DNA from: a bacterium
GTDB lineage: Bacteria > Fidelibacterota > Marinisomatia > Marinisomatales > UBA1611
Assembly (NCBI GenBank): GCA_038127595.1
Contig: JAYPIC010000011.1
Span: forward strand, 20,120 to 42,680
Reading direction: 5' to 3'
Length of the DNA stretch: 22,561 nt
Part shown: in pieces, positions 9,027 to 18,147 of the stretch
How positions within the stretch are numbered: position 1 is the stretch's first letter
Layout of the letters: each line of letters opens with the position of its first letter
Notes under the pieces: generated by a model
The model's input: the letters and a program-made list of their open reading frames with translations, nothing else
What the model was told of the DNA's origin: nothing
Databases searched by the model: none
Position numbers and translations under genes: made by a program

Positions 9027-9293
9027 TTAACCTAAATTATTTGATTCTTGTAAAATTTCACTAACACGCCACCTTTTATTTTTGCTAATAGGTTTTGTAG
9101 CCGTTATTCTAACTACATCCCCAACATTTGGAGAAACTTCAGAAACATGGGAAAGAAACTTCTTATGTTTTTTAATTCTTTTTTTGTAAACAGGATGTGC
9201 TATCACTCTGGTAACCTCGACGCTTACAGTGTTTTGCATCTTTGCAGAGACCACTTTCCCTATTAAACTTTGTTTGTTTTTTCTATTAGACAT
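9027..9293 (-). CDS. rpsQ: 30S ribosomal protein S17
   Basis: G.VVS.KM..TV.V, HP.YKK and GD.V.I..T.PISK.KRW motifs. Confidence 0.98.
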   Translation of the reverse strand: MSNRKNKQSLIGKVVSAKMQNTVSVEVTRVIAHPVYKKRIKKHKKFLSHVSEVSPNVGDVVRITATKPISKNKRWRVSEILQESNNLG

Positions 9294-9305
9294 TTATCTA
9301 GGCAC

Positions 9306-9506
9306 CTAGCTATTTAGCGAGGCTTGTGCCTCTGTTAATAAAGTTTTTATTCTAGCAATTTTTTTTCTAGTTTTTTTAATTTGTGATATATCTTCTAACT
9401 GCTGCATTGATTTTTGAAATACTAAATTTTGAAGAGAGTCTTGACAATCAACAAGTTGAGTTTTCAATTCACTAATTTGGCCAGTTTTTTCTTTTTCTTC
9501 TGACAT
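9306..9506 (-). CDS. rpmC: 50S ribosomal protein L29
   Basis: Lies between rplP and rpsQ; L.NL.FQ....QLE....I...RK.IARIKT motif; SD AGGAGG in the rplP tail. Confidence 0.93.
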   Translation of the reverse strand: MSEEKEKTGQISELKTQLVDCQDSLQNLVFQKSMQQLEDISQIKKTRKKIARIKTLLTEAQASLNS

Positions 9507-9508
9507 GT

Positions 9509-9922
9509 TTAAATAGGCCTCCTTTCAACTAGTTTAGTTTTCATTGGCAATTTGTGACCTGCGTTCCTAAAGGCTTCTTCGGCCATCTCCTTATTAACAC
9601 CTTCAATTTCAAATAAAATTCTACCTGGTTTAACTACTGATACCCAACGATCCAGCGAACCTTTACCTTTACCCATCCTTGTTTCAGCTGGCTTAGCTGT
9701 GATAGGCTTATCAGGAAATATTCTGATCCACATCTTGCCAACTTTACGAACAATTCTTGAAATTACAATACGAGAGGCTTCAATTTGCCTAGCTGTAATC
9801 CAACCAGGTTCTAAGGCCTTCAATCCATAAGTGCCAAAAGCTACATGACTTCCTCTAGAGGCCATTCCTCGCCTATTTCCTCGGTGATGTCTTCTATATT
9901 TTATTTTTTTTGGTTCTAGCAT
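9509..9922 (-). CDS. rplP: 50S ribosomal protein L16
   Basis: [16 protein letters not shown] and [23 protein letters not shown] motifs. Confidence 0.99.
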   Translation of the reverse strand: MLEPKKIKYRRHHRGNRRGMASRGSHVAFGTYGLKALEPGWITARQIEASRIVISRIVRKVGKMWIRIFPDKPITAKPAETRMGKGKGSLDRWVSVVKPGRILFEIEGVNKEMAEEAFRNAGHKLPMKTKLVERRPI

Positions 9923-9931
9923 AATGTTTTT

Positions 9932-10552
9932 TTATTGTTTACAAATCAAAACTTTAACACCAATGATACCATATGAAGTATGAGCCTCACTTAGGGCATA
10001 ATCTATATCAGCTCTAAGCGTATGAAGAGGAACACTACCATCTGAATATTTCTCACTCCTCGCAATTTCTACACCACCTAATCGACCAGCAACATTTATC
10101 CTAATCCCATTTGCACCCATACGCATAGTAGCTTGCATCGCTTTATTGATCACTCTTCTATATGAAATCTTCTTTTTCAGCTGCTGACAAATATTCATAC
10201 CTACCAAAGCAGCATTCAACTCAGGTCTTTTGACTTCAGAAATATTAATCTGGGCATCACTTTTATTTGTGAGCTGTCTCAACTCTTTCTTTAGCTTATT
10301 AACCTCTTCTCCACCCCTGCCAATGACGATTCCAGGCCTAGCAGTATGTATTGTTACTGAAACCTTTTTTGATGTCCTATTGATTTCAACATTTGAAATA
10401 CCCGCATTAGGGAGCCTAAAGCCAATATATTTTCTAATTCTGACATCTTCTTCAAGTGATTCAGCAAATTTATTTTTTTCAGCAAACCATGTAGAGTTCC
10501 ATGATTTTCTTACATTTAATCTAAAACCGACTGGATGTGTTTTTTGTCCCAA
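9932..10552 (-). CDS. rpsC: 30S ribosomal protein S3 (TTG start)
   Basis: GQKTHPVGFRL, KH-domain TARPGIVIGRGG, GRLGG.EIARSE and PLHTLRADIDY motifs. Confidence 0.99.
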   Translation of the reverse strand: MGQKTHPVGFRLNVRKSWNSTWFAEKNKFAESLEEDVRIRKYIGFRLPNAGISNVEINRTSKKVSVTIHTARPGIVIGRGGEEVNKLKKELRQLTNKSDAQINISEVKRPELNAALVGMNICQQLKKKISYRRVINKAMQATMRMGANGIRINVAGRLGGVEIARSEKYSDGSVPLHTLRADIDYALSEAHTSYGIIGVKVLICKQ

Positions 10553-10567
10553 ATTATTCCTCTAAGG

Positions 10568-10909
10568 TTATTCTGTAGTTAATACAATAGTTAAATGACT
10601 AGAAGGCCTTCTCAACCTAGAAGCTCTCCCCATCGATGCAGCCCTGAAACGCTTCATTACTGGGCCCTGATTTACATAAGCTTCTTTAATTTTTAAAATA
10701 TCAGGATCAATATCTTTAGAGTTTTCATTCTGCATTAAATTAGCAACCGCTGATCTAATTGTCTTTTCTATAGCAACAGAGGCTTTTTCAGGCGAAAAAT
10801 GCAGGTAATTAATAGCAGTACCAACATTGCATCCACGAACTGCATTTAAAACTTTCCTTACTTTATAAGGTGACTGTCTATTATATCTAAGTGTTGCTTT
10901 AGATTCCAT
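10568..10909 (-). CDS. rplV: 50S ribosomal protein L22
   Basis: R.SP.KVR.V...VRG, SAVAN and V..GP.MKR....MGRA......SHLTI motifs. Confidence 0.98.
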   Translation of the reverse strand: MESKATLRYNRQSPYKVRKVLNAVRGCNVGTAINYLHFSPEKASVAIEKTIRSAVANLMQNENSKDIDPDILKIKEAYVNQGPVMKRFRAASMGRASRLRRPSSHLTIVLTTE

Positions 10910-10912
10910 AAT

Positions 10913-11179
10913 TTACTTTCTATCACCAGAGTGCATTCTAAATGTTCTGGTTGGAGAAAACTCACCTAGCTTATGTCCAACCATATTTTCTGAGACAAAG
11001 ACTGGTATGAATTTATTTCCATTATGAACCGCAAAAGTATGACCTACAAACTCAGGAATAATTACTGATCTTCTTGACCATGTCTTAATTACAGCCTTTT
11101 TGCCACCTTCATTATTCTTCTCAACCTTAAGCATCAATTTTTGGTCAACAAATGGTCCTTTTTTTAACGATCTTGCCAT
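10913..11179 (-). CDS. rpsS: 30S ribosomal protein S19
   Basis: [20 protein letters not shown] and [15 protein letters not shown] motifs. Confidence 0.99.
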   Translation of the reverse strand: MARSLKKGPFVDQKLMLKVEKNNEGGKKAVIKTWSRRSVIIPEFVGHTFAVHNGNKFIPVFVSENMVGHKLGEFSPTRTFRMHSGDRK

Positions 11180-11181
11180 AC

Positions 11182-12006
11182 TTATTTACGCCTTTTAATT
11201 ATCATGCTATTTGATTTTTTATTCTTTTTTCTTGTCTTATATCCTTTAGTAGGTTTTCCCCAAGGCGATACAGGATGACGACCACCTGAGGTTTTTCCTT
11301 CTCCTCCACCATGAGGGTGGTCTACAGGGTTCATAACAACACCTCTAACCTTAGGCCTTCTACCCAACCATCTAGAACGGCCAGCTTTACCAGAGACTAT
11401 TTGTTCAAAAGCCCTATTTCCTACTTGACCAATAGTAGCCATGCATTGATCCGAGACCAACCTAACCTCTCCCGATGGGAGCTTAAGAGTTGTATATCCA
11501 TTATCGTGAGCCATCACTTGAGCATAGGCACCAGCGGTACGCACCATCTGGCCACCCTTTCCAGGAATTAATTCTACATTATGAACAAATAAACCAGTAG
11601 GTATATTTGATAATAAAAGAGCGTTACCTATCTTCAACGGTACTTTATCTCCAGAAACAATATTAGTACCAACAGAAATATCTAATGGAGACAAAATATA
11701 TCTTTTTTCACCATCATCATAATGAATTAGCGATATATATGCAGACCTGTTAGGATCATACTCAATAGTAGCAACCTTACCGTTAATTCCAAATTTGTCT
11801 CTCTTGTAATCAATGATTCGATATCTTCTTTTGTGCCCACCACCTCGTCTTCTAACGGTAATTCTACCTGTATTATTCCTACCACCTTTTTTTCTTAGTG
11901 CCACAGTAAGCGATTTTTCTGGCTTATTAGTCGTAATTTCAGAAAAATCAGACCTTGATGCGAAACGACTTCCGGGTGTAACTGGTTTTAAATTTCTAAC
12001 ACCCAT
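11182..12006 (-). CDS. rplB: 50S ribosomal protein L2
   Basis: [26 protein letters not shown] and [13 protein letters not shown] motifs. Confidence 0.99.
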   Translation of the reverse strand: MGVRNLKPVTPGSRFASRSDFSEITTNKPEKSLTVALRKKGGRNNTGRITVRRRGGGHKRRYRIIDYKRDKFGINGKVATIEYDPNRSAYISLIHYDDGEKRYILSPLDISVGTNIVSGDKVPLKIGNALLLSNIPTGLFVHNVELIPGKGGQMVRTAGAYAQVMAHDNGYTTLKLPSGEVRLVSDQCMATIGQVGNRAFEQIVSGKAGRSRWLGRRPKVRGVVMNPVDHPHGGGEGKTSGGRHPVSPWGKPTKGYKTRKKNKKSNSMIIKRRK

Positions 12007-12326
12007 TACTGTACCTCAGCACCACTATTTAAGTAGTCTATACTACTTCCTTCATTAAGAGAAACTATAGCCTTCTTAAAACCAGATTTTCTACCTTGAG
12101 TCCTAATAGTTTTTCCATTACTCCTAGTAGTCATATTTTTTAATTTACCACTAAAATTCATTGTAGCAACTTTAGATACGGACACATTAAACTTATTTTC
12201 AACTGCAGATTTGATTTGAATTTTATTGGCACCTGAGGAAACAATAAATGCATATTTATTTTGACGTTCTTGCATAATGGCCATTTTTTCGGTTAAAATC
12301 GGTTTAATAATTATTTTTTGATACAT
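12006..12326 (-). CDS. rplW: 50S ribosomal protein L23
   Basis: II.KP.LTEK, Y.F.V...ANK.QIK.AVE..F.V.V..V.T and KKAIV.L motifs. Confidence 0.98.
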   Translation of the reverse strand: MYQKIIIKPILTEKMAIMQERQNKYAFIVSSGANKIQIKSAVENKFNVSVSKVATMNFSGKLKNMTTRSNGKTIRTQGRKSGFKKAIVSLNEGSSIDYLNSGAEVQ

Positions 12327-12330
12327 AATA

Positions 12331-12954
12331 CTAAGCTAATACTTTCGAAAAAGTATCAATTCCCGCCTTATCGATTAATATAATTTCAGAGTCTAATAAA
12401 TCATAAACACTAACAGTCTTAACATTCTCAATGAATACATTTCTAATATTTCTAGAAGATAAAATTAAATTTTCTTGAAATGAGTCAACAAGTATGAGGG
12501 TTTTTTTATTGAGAATATTGATACTTTTCATAAAACTAATAAAATCAGCAGTTTTTTTTGAACTAATGTTTATACTATCCAAGACAACCAACTCTTTATC
12601 CTGAAACTTTTTGGTCAAAACAGACTTTCTAGCTAGTTTACTCATTTTTTTTGGTAATTTTTTACTGTAGCCATGAGGCTCGGGACCAAACACTACTCCA
12701 CCGCCTTTCCACAATGGAGATCTTATTGTACCAGCTCTAGCAACACCCCTACCTTTTTGTTTCCAAGGCTTTTTACCACCACCTCTTACAGCAGACCTAT
12801 TTTTTGAACTATGAGTACCTTGACGCAGGTTTGAAAGCTCTGATAAAACCGCTTGCCTGACAACAGAGGCTTTTATTTCAATATTGAAAATATTACTATT
12901 CAATTTGATTGATTCAACTACCTTACCAACACTATTTTGTACATCAATTTTCAT
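12331..12954 (-). CDS. rplD: 50S ribosomal protein L4
   Basis: RQGTH..K.RS.V.GGG.KPW.QKG.G.AR.G..RSP.W.GGG..FGP motif. Confidence 0.99.
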   Translation of the reverse strand: MKIDVQNSVGKVVESIKLNSNIFNIEIKASVVRQAVLSELSNLRQGTHSSKNRSAVRGGGKKPWKQKGRGVARAGTIRSPLWKGGGVVFGPEPHGYSKKLPKKMSKLARKSVLTKKFQDKELVVLDSINISSKKTADFISFMKSINILNKKTLILVDSFQENLILSSRNIRNVFIENVKTVSVYDLLDSEIILIDKAGIDTFSKVLA

Positions 12955-12956
12955 AC

Positions 12957-13574
12957 TTATCTCGTAATATAGACGATTCCATTGGAAGCACCTGGAACAC
13001 TACCCTTCACTAACAATTGATTTTTTGATTCATTAACGCGTATCACCTCTAAACCCTCGACGCTAACAGTCTTATTTCCATATCTCCCGGGCATTTTTTT
13101 TCCTGGAAACACCCTAGATGGGTCAGACGCAGCACCAATTGAGCCAACATGCCTATGAGTATCTCCTTGACCATGAGTTTTTCTCTGCGTACTAAAAGAG
13201 TATTTTTTAATAGTTCCAGAAAAACCTCTTCCCTTTGATTTACCAGAAACAGCTACAAAATCACCTTCATTAAATAAACTCACATTGAAAATTTGGCCAA
13301 GCTTATAATCAAAATCAGGAACACTTTTGAACTCAGCTAAAACTTTTGTGGGCATAACATTGTTTTTTTTAAAATGACCCTCTAACGGCTTTGTGGTGTG
13401 CTTTTTTTTCAATTCAAGAAAACCAAGCTGAACAGCATCATAACCATCCTTTTTAACAGTTTTTATCTGCGTTACATTGCATGGCCCAACTTCAAGGACC
13501 GTAACTGGAATAGAACGCCCAGTAGCGTTAAAAACCCTAGTCATTCCAATTTTTTTTCCTATAAGACCACGCAT
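12957..13574 (-). CDS. rplC: 50S ribosomal protein L3
   Basis: GKKIGMT.VF, PVTV, DGY.AVQLGF, SKGRGF.G, GSIG, PSRVF.GKKMPG and KGSVPG motifs. Confidence 0.99.
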   Translation of the reverse strand: MRGLIGKKIGMTRVFNATGRSIPVTVLEVGPCNVTQIKTVKKDGYDAVQLGFLELKKKHTTKPLEGHFKKNNVMPTKVLAEFKSVPDFDYKLGQIFNVSLFNEGDFVAVSGKSKGRGFSGTIKKYSFSTQRKTHGQGDTHRHVGSIGAASDPSRVFPGKKMPGRYGNKTVSVEGLEVIRVNESKNQLLVKGSVPGASNGIVYITR

Positions 13575-13582
13575 TTTTTGTA

Positions 13583-13891
13583 TTACACCTTTATCTCGAT
13601 ATCAACACCAGCAGGTAAATCAAGCTTCATAAGCGATTCAACAGTCTTAGGTGTTGAATTAATTATATCTACCATTCTCTTATGTATCTTAGTTTGAAAT
13701 TGTTCTCTAGATTTTTTATCAACATGAGGCGATCTAAGGACAGTATAAATAGAGCGCTTTGTGGGCAAAGGAATGGGACCAGAAATAATTGCTCCAGTTG
13801 ACTTTGCTGTCTTAACAATTTTGTCTGTAGATTTATCCAATAAGATATGATCATAAGCTCTTAAACTAATTCTTATAGATTGGTTAGCCAT
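13583..13891 (-). CDS. rpsJ: 30S ribosomal protein S10
   Basis: [30 protein letters not shown] and [10 protein letters not shown] motifs. Confidence 0.99.
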   Translation of the reverse strand: MANQSIRISLRAYDHILLDKSTDKIVKTAKSTGAIISGPIPLPTKRSIYTVLRSPHVDKKSREQFQTKIHKRMVDIINSTPKTVESLMKLDLPAGVDIEIKV

Positions 13892-13899
13892 TACTTTAT

Positions 13900-15090
13900 C
13901 TACTCTACAATCTCTGTTACAACACCAGCACCAACAGTATGACCACCTTCACGAATCGCAAATCTTAACTCCTTATCCATTGCGATTGATGTTATAAGCG
14001 ATACTTCAAATTCTACATTATCACCAGGCATAACCATTTCAGTACCTTCAGGTAAAGTAACAACTCCAGTCACATCTGTAGTTCTAAAATAAAATTGAGG
14101 CCTATAACCATTAAAAAATGGAGTGTGACGACCACCTTCCTCTTTTTTCAAAATATAAACGCTAGCTTTAAATTTAGTATGAGGCGTAATACTACCAGGA
14201 ACTGCAAGAACTTGCCCTCTACTTAAATCTTCCTTATCTATACCACGAAGTAATAAACCAGCATTATCACCAGCCTGACCCTCATCTAACAATTTACGGA
14301 ACATTTCTACACCGGTAACTGTGGTTTTCTTCAAATCACCCATACCAACAATCTCCACCTCATCACCGACTTTGATAATTCCCCTCTCAATACGACCAGT
14401 ACCAACAGTACCACGACCAGTAATACTAAAAACATCTTCAACCGGCATCAGAAAAGGCTTATCAATATCTCTTTCTGGCTCAGGAATGAAACTGTCACAA
14501 GCCTCCATCAATTCAACAATACACTTATTAGCAGCCTCATCATTAGAATCATTCAAAGCATTTAAAGCACTACCTTTGATAATCGGAGTATCATCACCAG
14601 GAAAATCATATTCATTAAGCAAATCACGAAGCTCCATTTCAACTAGCTCCAATAACTCAGGATCATCAACCTGATCAACTTTATTCATGAAAACAACAAC
14701 ACTAGGAACATTTACCTGCCTAGCAAGGAGAACATGTTCTCTAGTTTGAGGCATAGGACCATCAGCAGCAGAGACAACAAGTATACCACCGTCCATCTGA
14801 GCAGCACCAGTAATCATATTTTTAATGTAATCAGCGTGCCCAGGACAATCAACATGAGCATAGTGACGATTTTCAGTCTCGTATTCAACATGAGCTGTCT
14901 GTATAGTAATACCACGCTCTCTTTCTTCAGGAGCGTTATCAATACTATCAAAGGAACGAACCTCAGCTAAACCATGGGCACCCTGATGCATTGTAATTGC
15001 TGCAGTAAGGGTTGTTTTACCATGATCAACATGACCAATAGTACCTATGTTGACATGAGGTTTAGTTCTTTCAAATTTTGCTTTAGACAT
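13900..15090 (-). CDS. tuf: Elongation factor Tu
   Basis: [25 protein letters not shown] and GGRHTPFF motifs; SD AGGAG. Confidence 0.99.
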   Translation of the reverse strand: MSKAKFERTKPHVNIGTIGHVDHGKTTLTAAITMHQGAHGLAEVRSFDSIDNAPEERERGITIQTAHVEYETENRHYAHVDCPGHADYIKNMITGAAQMDGGILVVSAADGPMPQTREHVLLARQVNVPSVVVFMNKVDQVDDPELLELVEMELRDLLNEYDFPGDDTPIIKGSALNALNDSNDEAANKCIVELMEACDSFIPEPERDIDKPFLMPVEDVFSITGRGTVGTGRIERGIIKVGDEVEIVGMGDLKKTTVTGVEMFRKLLDEGQAGDNAGLLLRGIDKEDLSRGQVLAVPGSITPHTKFKASVYILKKEEGGRHTPFFNGYRPQFYFRTTDVTGVVTLPEGTEMVMPGDNVEFEVSLITSIAMDKELRFAIREGGHTVGAGVVTEIVE

Positions 15091-15114
15091 TTTTACTTTA
15101 CTCCTATTTTAAAA

Positions 15115-17202
15115 TTAACTAGCCTTGCCATGTACTTTTTCCATGATCTCAGTTTCAACTGATGCGGGAACTTGATGATAATGTGAAAACTGCATATGAA
15201 AAACTGCTCTTCCCTGAGTAATAGATCTTAAATCAGTTACATAACCAAACATATTACTAAGCGGAACATTTGCTTTGATAACCTGGGCTTCATTTCTCTG
15301 ACTCATACCATCGATTTTACCCCTTCTAGAGCTAATATCTCCCATTACATCACCTAAGTATTCATCTGGAGTAACAACTTCTACTTCCATTACAGGCTCC
15401 ATAAGTTTCGGACTTGCCTTCTTGCATGCATCTTGAATCGCCATAGATCCAGCTATTTTAAAAGCCATCTCTGATGAATCTACGTCATGATATGAACCAA
15501 AAATTAGCTCAATTCTAATATCTTCTATTGGATAGCCAGCAATCACTCCATTTTTAAGAGCCTCTTGCATTCCTTTATCAACTGATGGGATGTACTCTTT
15601 TGGGATAACCCCGCCAACTATTTTATTTTCAAAATGATAACCCTTACCCGGCTCATTGGGCTCAACATTAATTACGACATGACCATATTGACCTTTACCA
15701 CCAGACTGACGTATAAATTTAGTTTCAACATCTTGGACAGATTTTGTAATGGACTCTCTATACGCAACAATCGGCTTACCAATATTAGCCTGGACTTTAA
15801 ATTCTCTCAATAGCCTATCAACAAGTATTTCAAGATGCAATTCACCCATACCAGCAATAATAGTTTGACCAGTTTCTTCATCAGTAGAAACTTTGAAGGT
15901 AGGATCTTCTTCGCCTAATTTAGATAAGGATTTTGACAATGCATCCTGATCCGCTTTACTTACAGGCTCTACAGATACTGCCACAACAGGCTCAGGAAAA
16001 TCCATAGATTCTAAAACAATCTGATTCGATTGATCGCATAGAGTATGCCCAGTTTTAACATTTTTCAAACCAACAGCAGCAACAATTTCACCAGCCTCAA
16101 CTTTATCTCTATCCTCCCTTTTATTTGAATGCATCAAAAGAATTCTACTAATTCTTTCCTTCTTTCCATTGCTAGCATTGTAAACATAAGAACCAGAATC
16201 TAGCTTACCAGAGTAAACACGCATATATGTTAATTTTCCAACATAAGGGTCAGTCATAATTTTAAAAGCGAGAGCACTAAAGGGTTCATCAACGTTCGGT
16301 AGTCTTGATAATTCAGTATCTGAGTCTCTAGGCTCAGTACCTTTAACTTCTCCGATATCAACCGGTGAAGGTAAAAAATCAACTACTGCATCCAGAAGCC
16401 TTTGAACACCTTTATTTTTAAACGCAGATCCACAAAACATCGGAATAAAGGTATTATCCAAGCAACCTTTTCTCAGAGCAGACCTAAGCTCGTCTTCAGA
16501 GATATCTTCATCAGATATAAATTTTTCTAGAAGATTTTCATCATATGTTGCAGTTTCTTCTATCAGGTGCTTTCTCCATTTTTCTGATAATTCAATCATA
16601 TCAGAGGGGATATCAGCTTCATCAAACCTAGAACCCATTGTAGACTCGTTATATAAAATTGCCTTCATAGTTATTAAGTCAACTATACCAGTAAACATTT
16701 CGCCAGATCCTATTGGAATGACTACCGGTAACGGGCTTGCACCAAGTCTATCTTTTACCATATCCATAACATTAAAAAAATCTGCACCTACTCGGTCCAT
16801 TTTATTTACAAAAGCTATCCTTGGAACATTATACTTATCAGCTTGCCTCCAAACAGTCTCACTTTGAGGTTCAACACCGCCAACAGCACAAAAAACAGCT
16901 ACAGCACTATCCAAAACCCTAAGAGATCTTTCAACTTCAACAGTAAAATCTACGTGGCCAGGGGTATCAATAATGTTTATGCGATGCTTGTTCCAGATAC
17001 AGGTAGTAGCGGCAGATGTTATGGTAATACCTCTTTCTTGCTCCTGCTCCATCCAATCCATGGTCGCAGCACCATCGTGAACTTCCCCTATTCTATGAGT
17101 AACACCAGTATAATACAATATACGCTCTGTTAAAGTCGTTTTACCAGCATCGATGTGTGCCATTATACCTATGTTTCTAAAACTATTTAAATCACTACTC
17201 AT
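15115..17202 (-). CDS. fusA: Elongation factor G
   Basis: [33 protein letters not shown] and [10 protein letters not shown] motifs. Confidence 0.99.
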   Translation of the reverse strand: MSSDLNSFRNIGIMAHIDAGKTTLTERILYYTGVTHRIGEVHDGAATMDWMEQEQERGITITSAATTCIWNKHRINIIDTPGHVDFTVEVERSLRVLDSAVAVFCAVGGVEPQSETVWRQADKYNVPRIAFVNKMDRVGADFFNVMDMVKDRLGASPLPVVIPIGSGEMFTGIVDLITMKAILYNESTMGSRFDEADIPSDMIELSEKWRKHLIEETATYDENLLEKFISDEDISEDELRSALRKGCLDNTFIPMFCGSAFKNKGVQRLLDAVVDFLPSPVDIGEVKGTEPRDSDTELSRLPNVDEPFSALAFKIMTDPYVGKLTYMRVYSGKLDSGSYVYNASNGKKERISRILLMHSNKREDRDKVEAGEIVAAVGLKNVKTGHTLCDQSNQIVLESMDFPEPVVAVSVEPVSKADQDALSKSLSKLGEEDPTFKVSTDEETGQTIIAGMGELHLEILVDRLLREFKVQANIGKPIVAYRESITKSVQDVETKFIRQSGGKGQYGHVVINVEPNEPGKGYHFENKIVGGVIPKEYIPSVDKGMQEALKNGVIAGYPIEDIRIELIFGSYHDVDSSEMAFKIAGSMAIQDACKKASPKLMEPVMEVEVVTPDEYLGDVMGDISSRRGKIDGMSQRNEAQVIKANVPLSNMFGYVTDLRSITQGRAVFHMQFSHYHQVPASVETEIMEKVHGKAS

Positions 17203-17222
17203 TTATATAATCTCACACGTTA

Positions 17223-17687
17223 TCATCGAAAATGGGCAAAAGCTTTATTTGCATCAGCCATCCTATGAGTATCCTCTTTTTTCTTAATAGCATTACCATC
17301 ACCATTTGCAGCCGCAATAAATTCACTAGCCAACTTTTCTGACATCGGCTTCCCAGAAGAATTTTTTGATGCATTGATAATCCATAAAGAAGCTAAATAG
17401 AACGCCCTTTTCTTAGGCACCTCAATAGGTACTTGATAAGTAGCACCACCTATTCTCCTGGACTTGACTTCAACCGAAGGAGAAGTATTTTCAATACCTT
17501 TCTTAAATATTTTTATGCCATCGGTTTTAGTTTTTTTATGAACCAGCTCCATCGCGCTGTAAAATATTTTTTCCGCAACGCCTTTTTTACCGCTCTCCAT
17601 TATATAATTGATAAACTTTGCTACAGATAAGTCGTTGTACTTAGTATCTGGCAATATTGTTCTTTTCTCTGGCCTTCTTCTTCTCAT
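17223..17687 (-). CDS. rpsG: 30S ribosomal protein S7
   Basis: GKK..AE.I, EVKSRRIGGATYQVP and HRMA.ANKAFAHFR motifs. Confidence 0.99.
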   Translation of the reverse strand: MRRRRPEKRTILPDTKYNDLSVAKFINYIMESGKKGVAEKIFYSAMELVHKKTKTDGIKIFKKGIENTSPSVEVKSRRIGGATYQVPIEVPKKRAFYLASLWIINASKNSSGKPMSEKLASEFIAAANGDGNAIKKKEDTHRMADANKAFAHFR

Positions 17688-17701
17688 ATTAGACTTTCAA
17701 C

Positions 17702-18079
17702 CTAAGAAGCTTTCGGTTTCTTTGCACCATATCTACTCCTACTAGTTTTCCTATCATCAACTCCAGCAGTATCTAGCGTACCCCTTACGATATGATAACG
17801 AACACCAGGTAGATCCTTGACTCGACCACCCTCAATTAATACTATGGAGTGCTCTTGTAAATTATGACCTTCACCAGGAATATATGCTGTAACCTCGGTA
17901 GAATTTGTTAGTCTAACCCTAGCAACTTTTCTTAAAGCTGAATTAGGCTTCTTTGGTGTAGTGGTATAAACTCTAGTACATACTCCTCTCTTTTGCGGAT
18001 TGCTCATTAAGGCAGGAGTAGATGTCTTTTTCAGAATCCTCTTTCTACCTTTTCTAACTAATTGATTTATAGTAGGCAT
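17702..18079 (-). CDS. rpsL: 30S ribosomal protein S12
   Basis: [25 protein letters not shown] and [12 protein letters not shown] motifs. Confidence 0.99.
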   Translation of the reverse strand: MPTINQLVRKGRKRILKKTSTPALMSNPQKRGVCTRVYTTTPKKPNSALRKVARVRLTNSTEVTAYIPGEGHNLQEHSIVLIEGGRVKDLPGVRYHIVRGTLDTAGVDDRKTSRSRYGAKKPKAS

Positions 18080-18101
18080 AAATATTTTCCCATAGCCTCG
18101 T

Positions 18102-18131
18102 AATTTAAAATATATATTAAATACATATCAA
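18102..18131 (-). promoter_or_regulatory. Candidate sigma70-type promoter for the str/S10/spc/alpha run
   Basis: On the minus strand, TTGATA (18126-18131), 18 nt, then TAAATT (18102-18107), in the only sizeable intergenic gap (68 bp). The AT-rich context makes a chance match possible. Confidence 0.4.
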
Positions 18132-18147
18132 TGATTTTAAAAAATAA

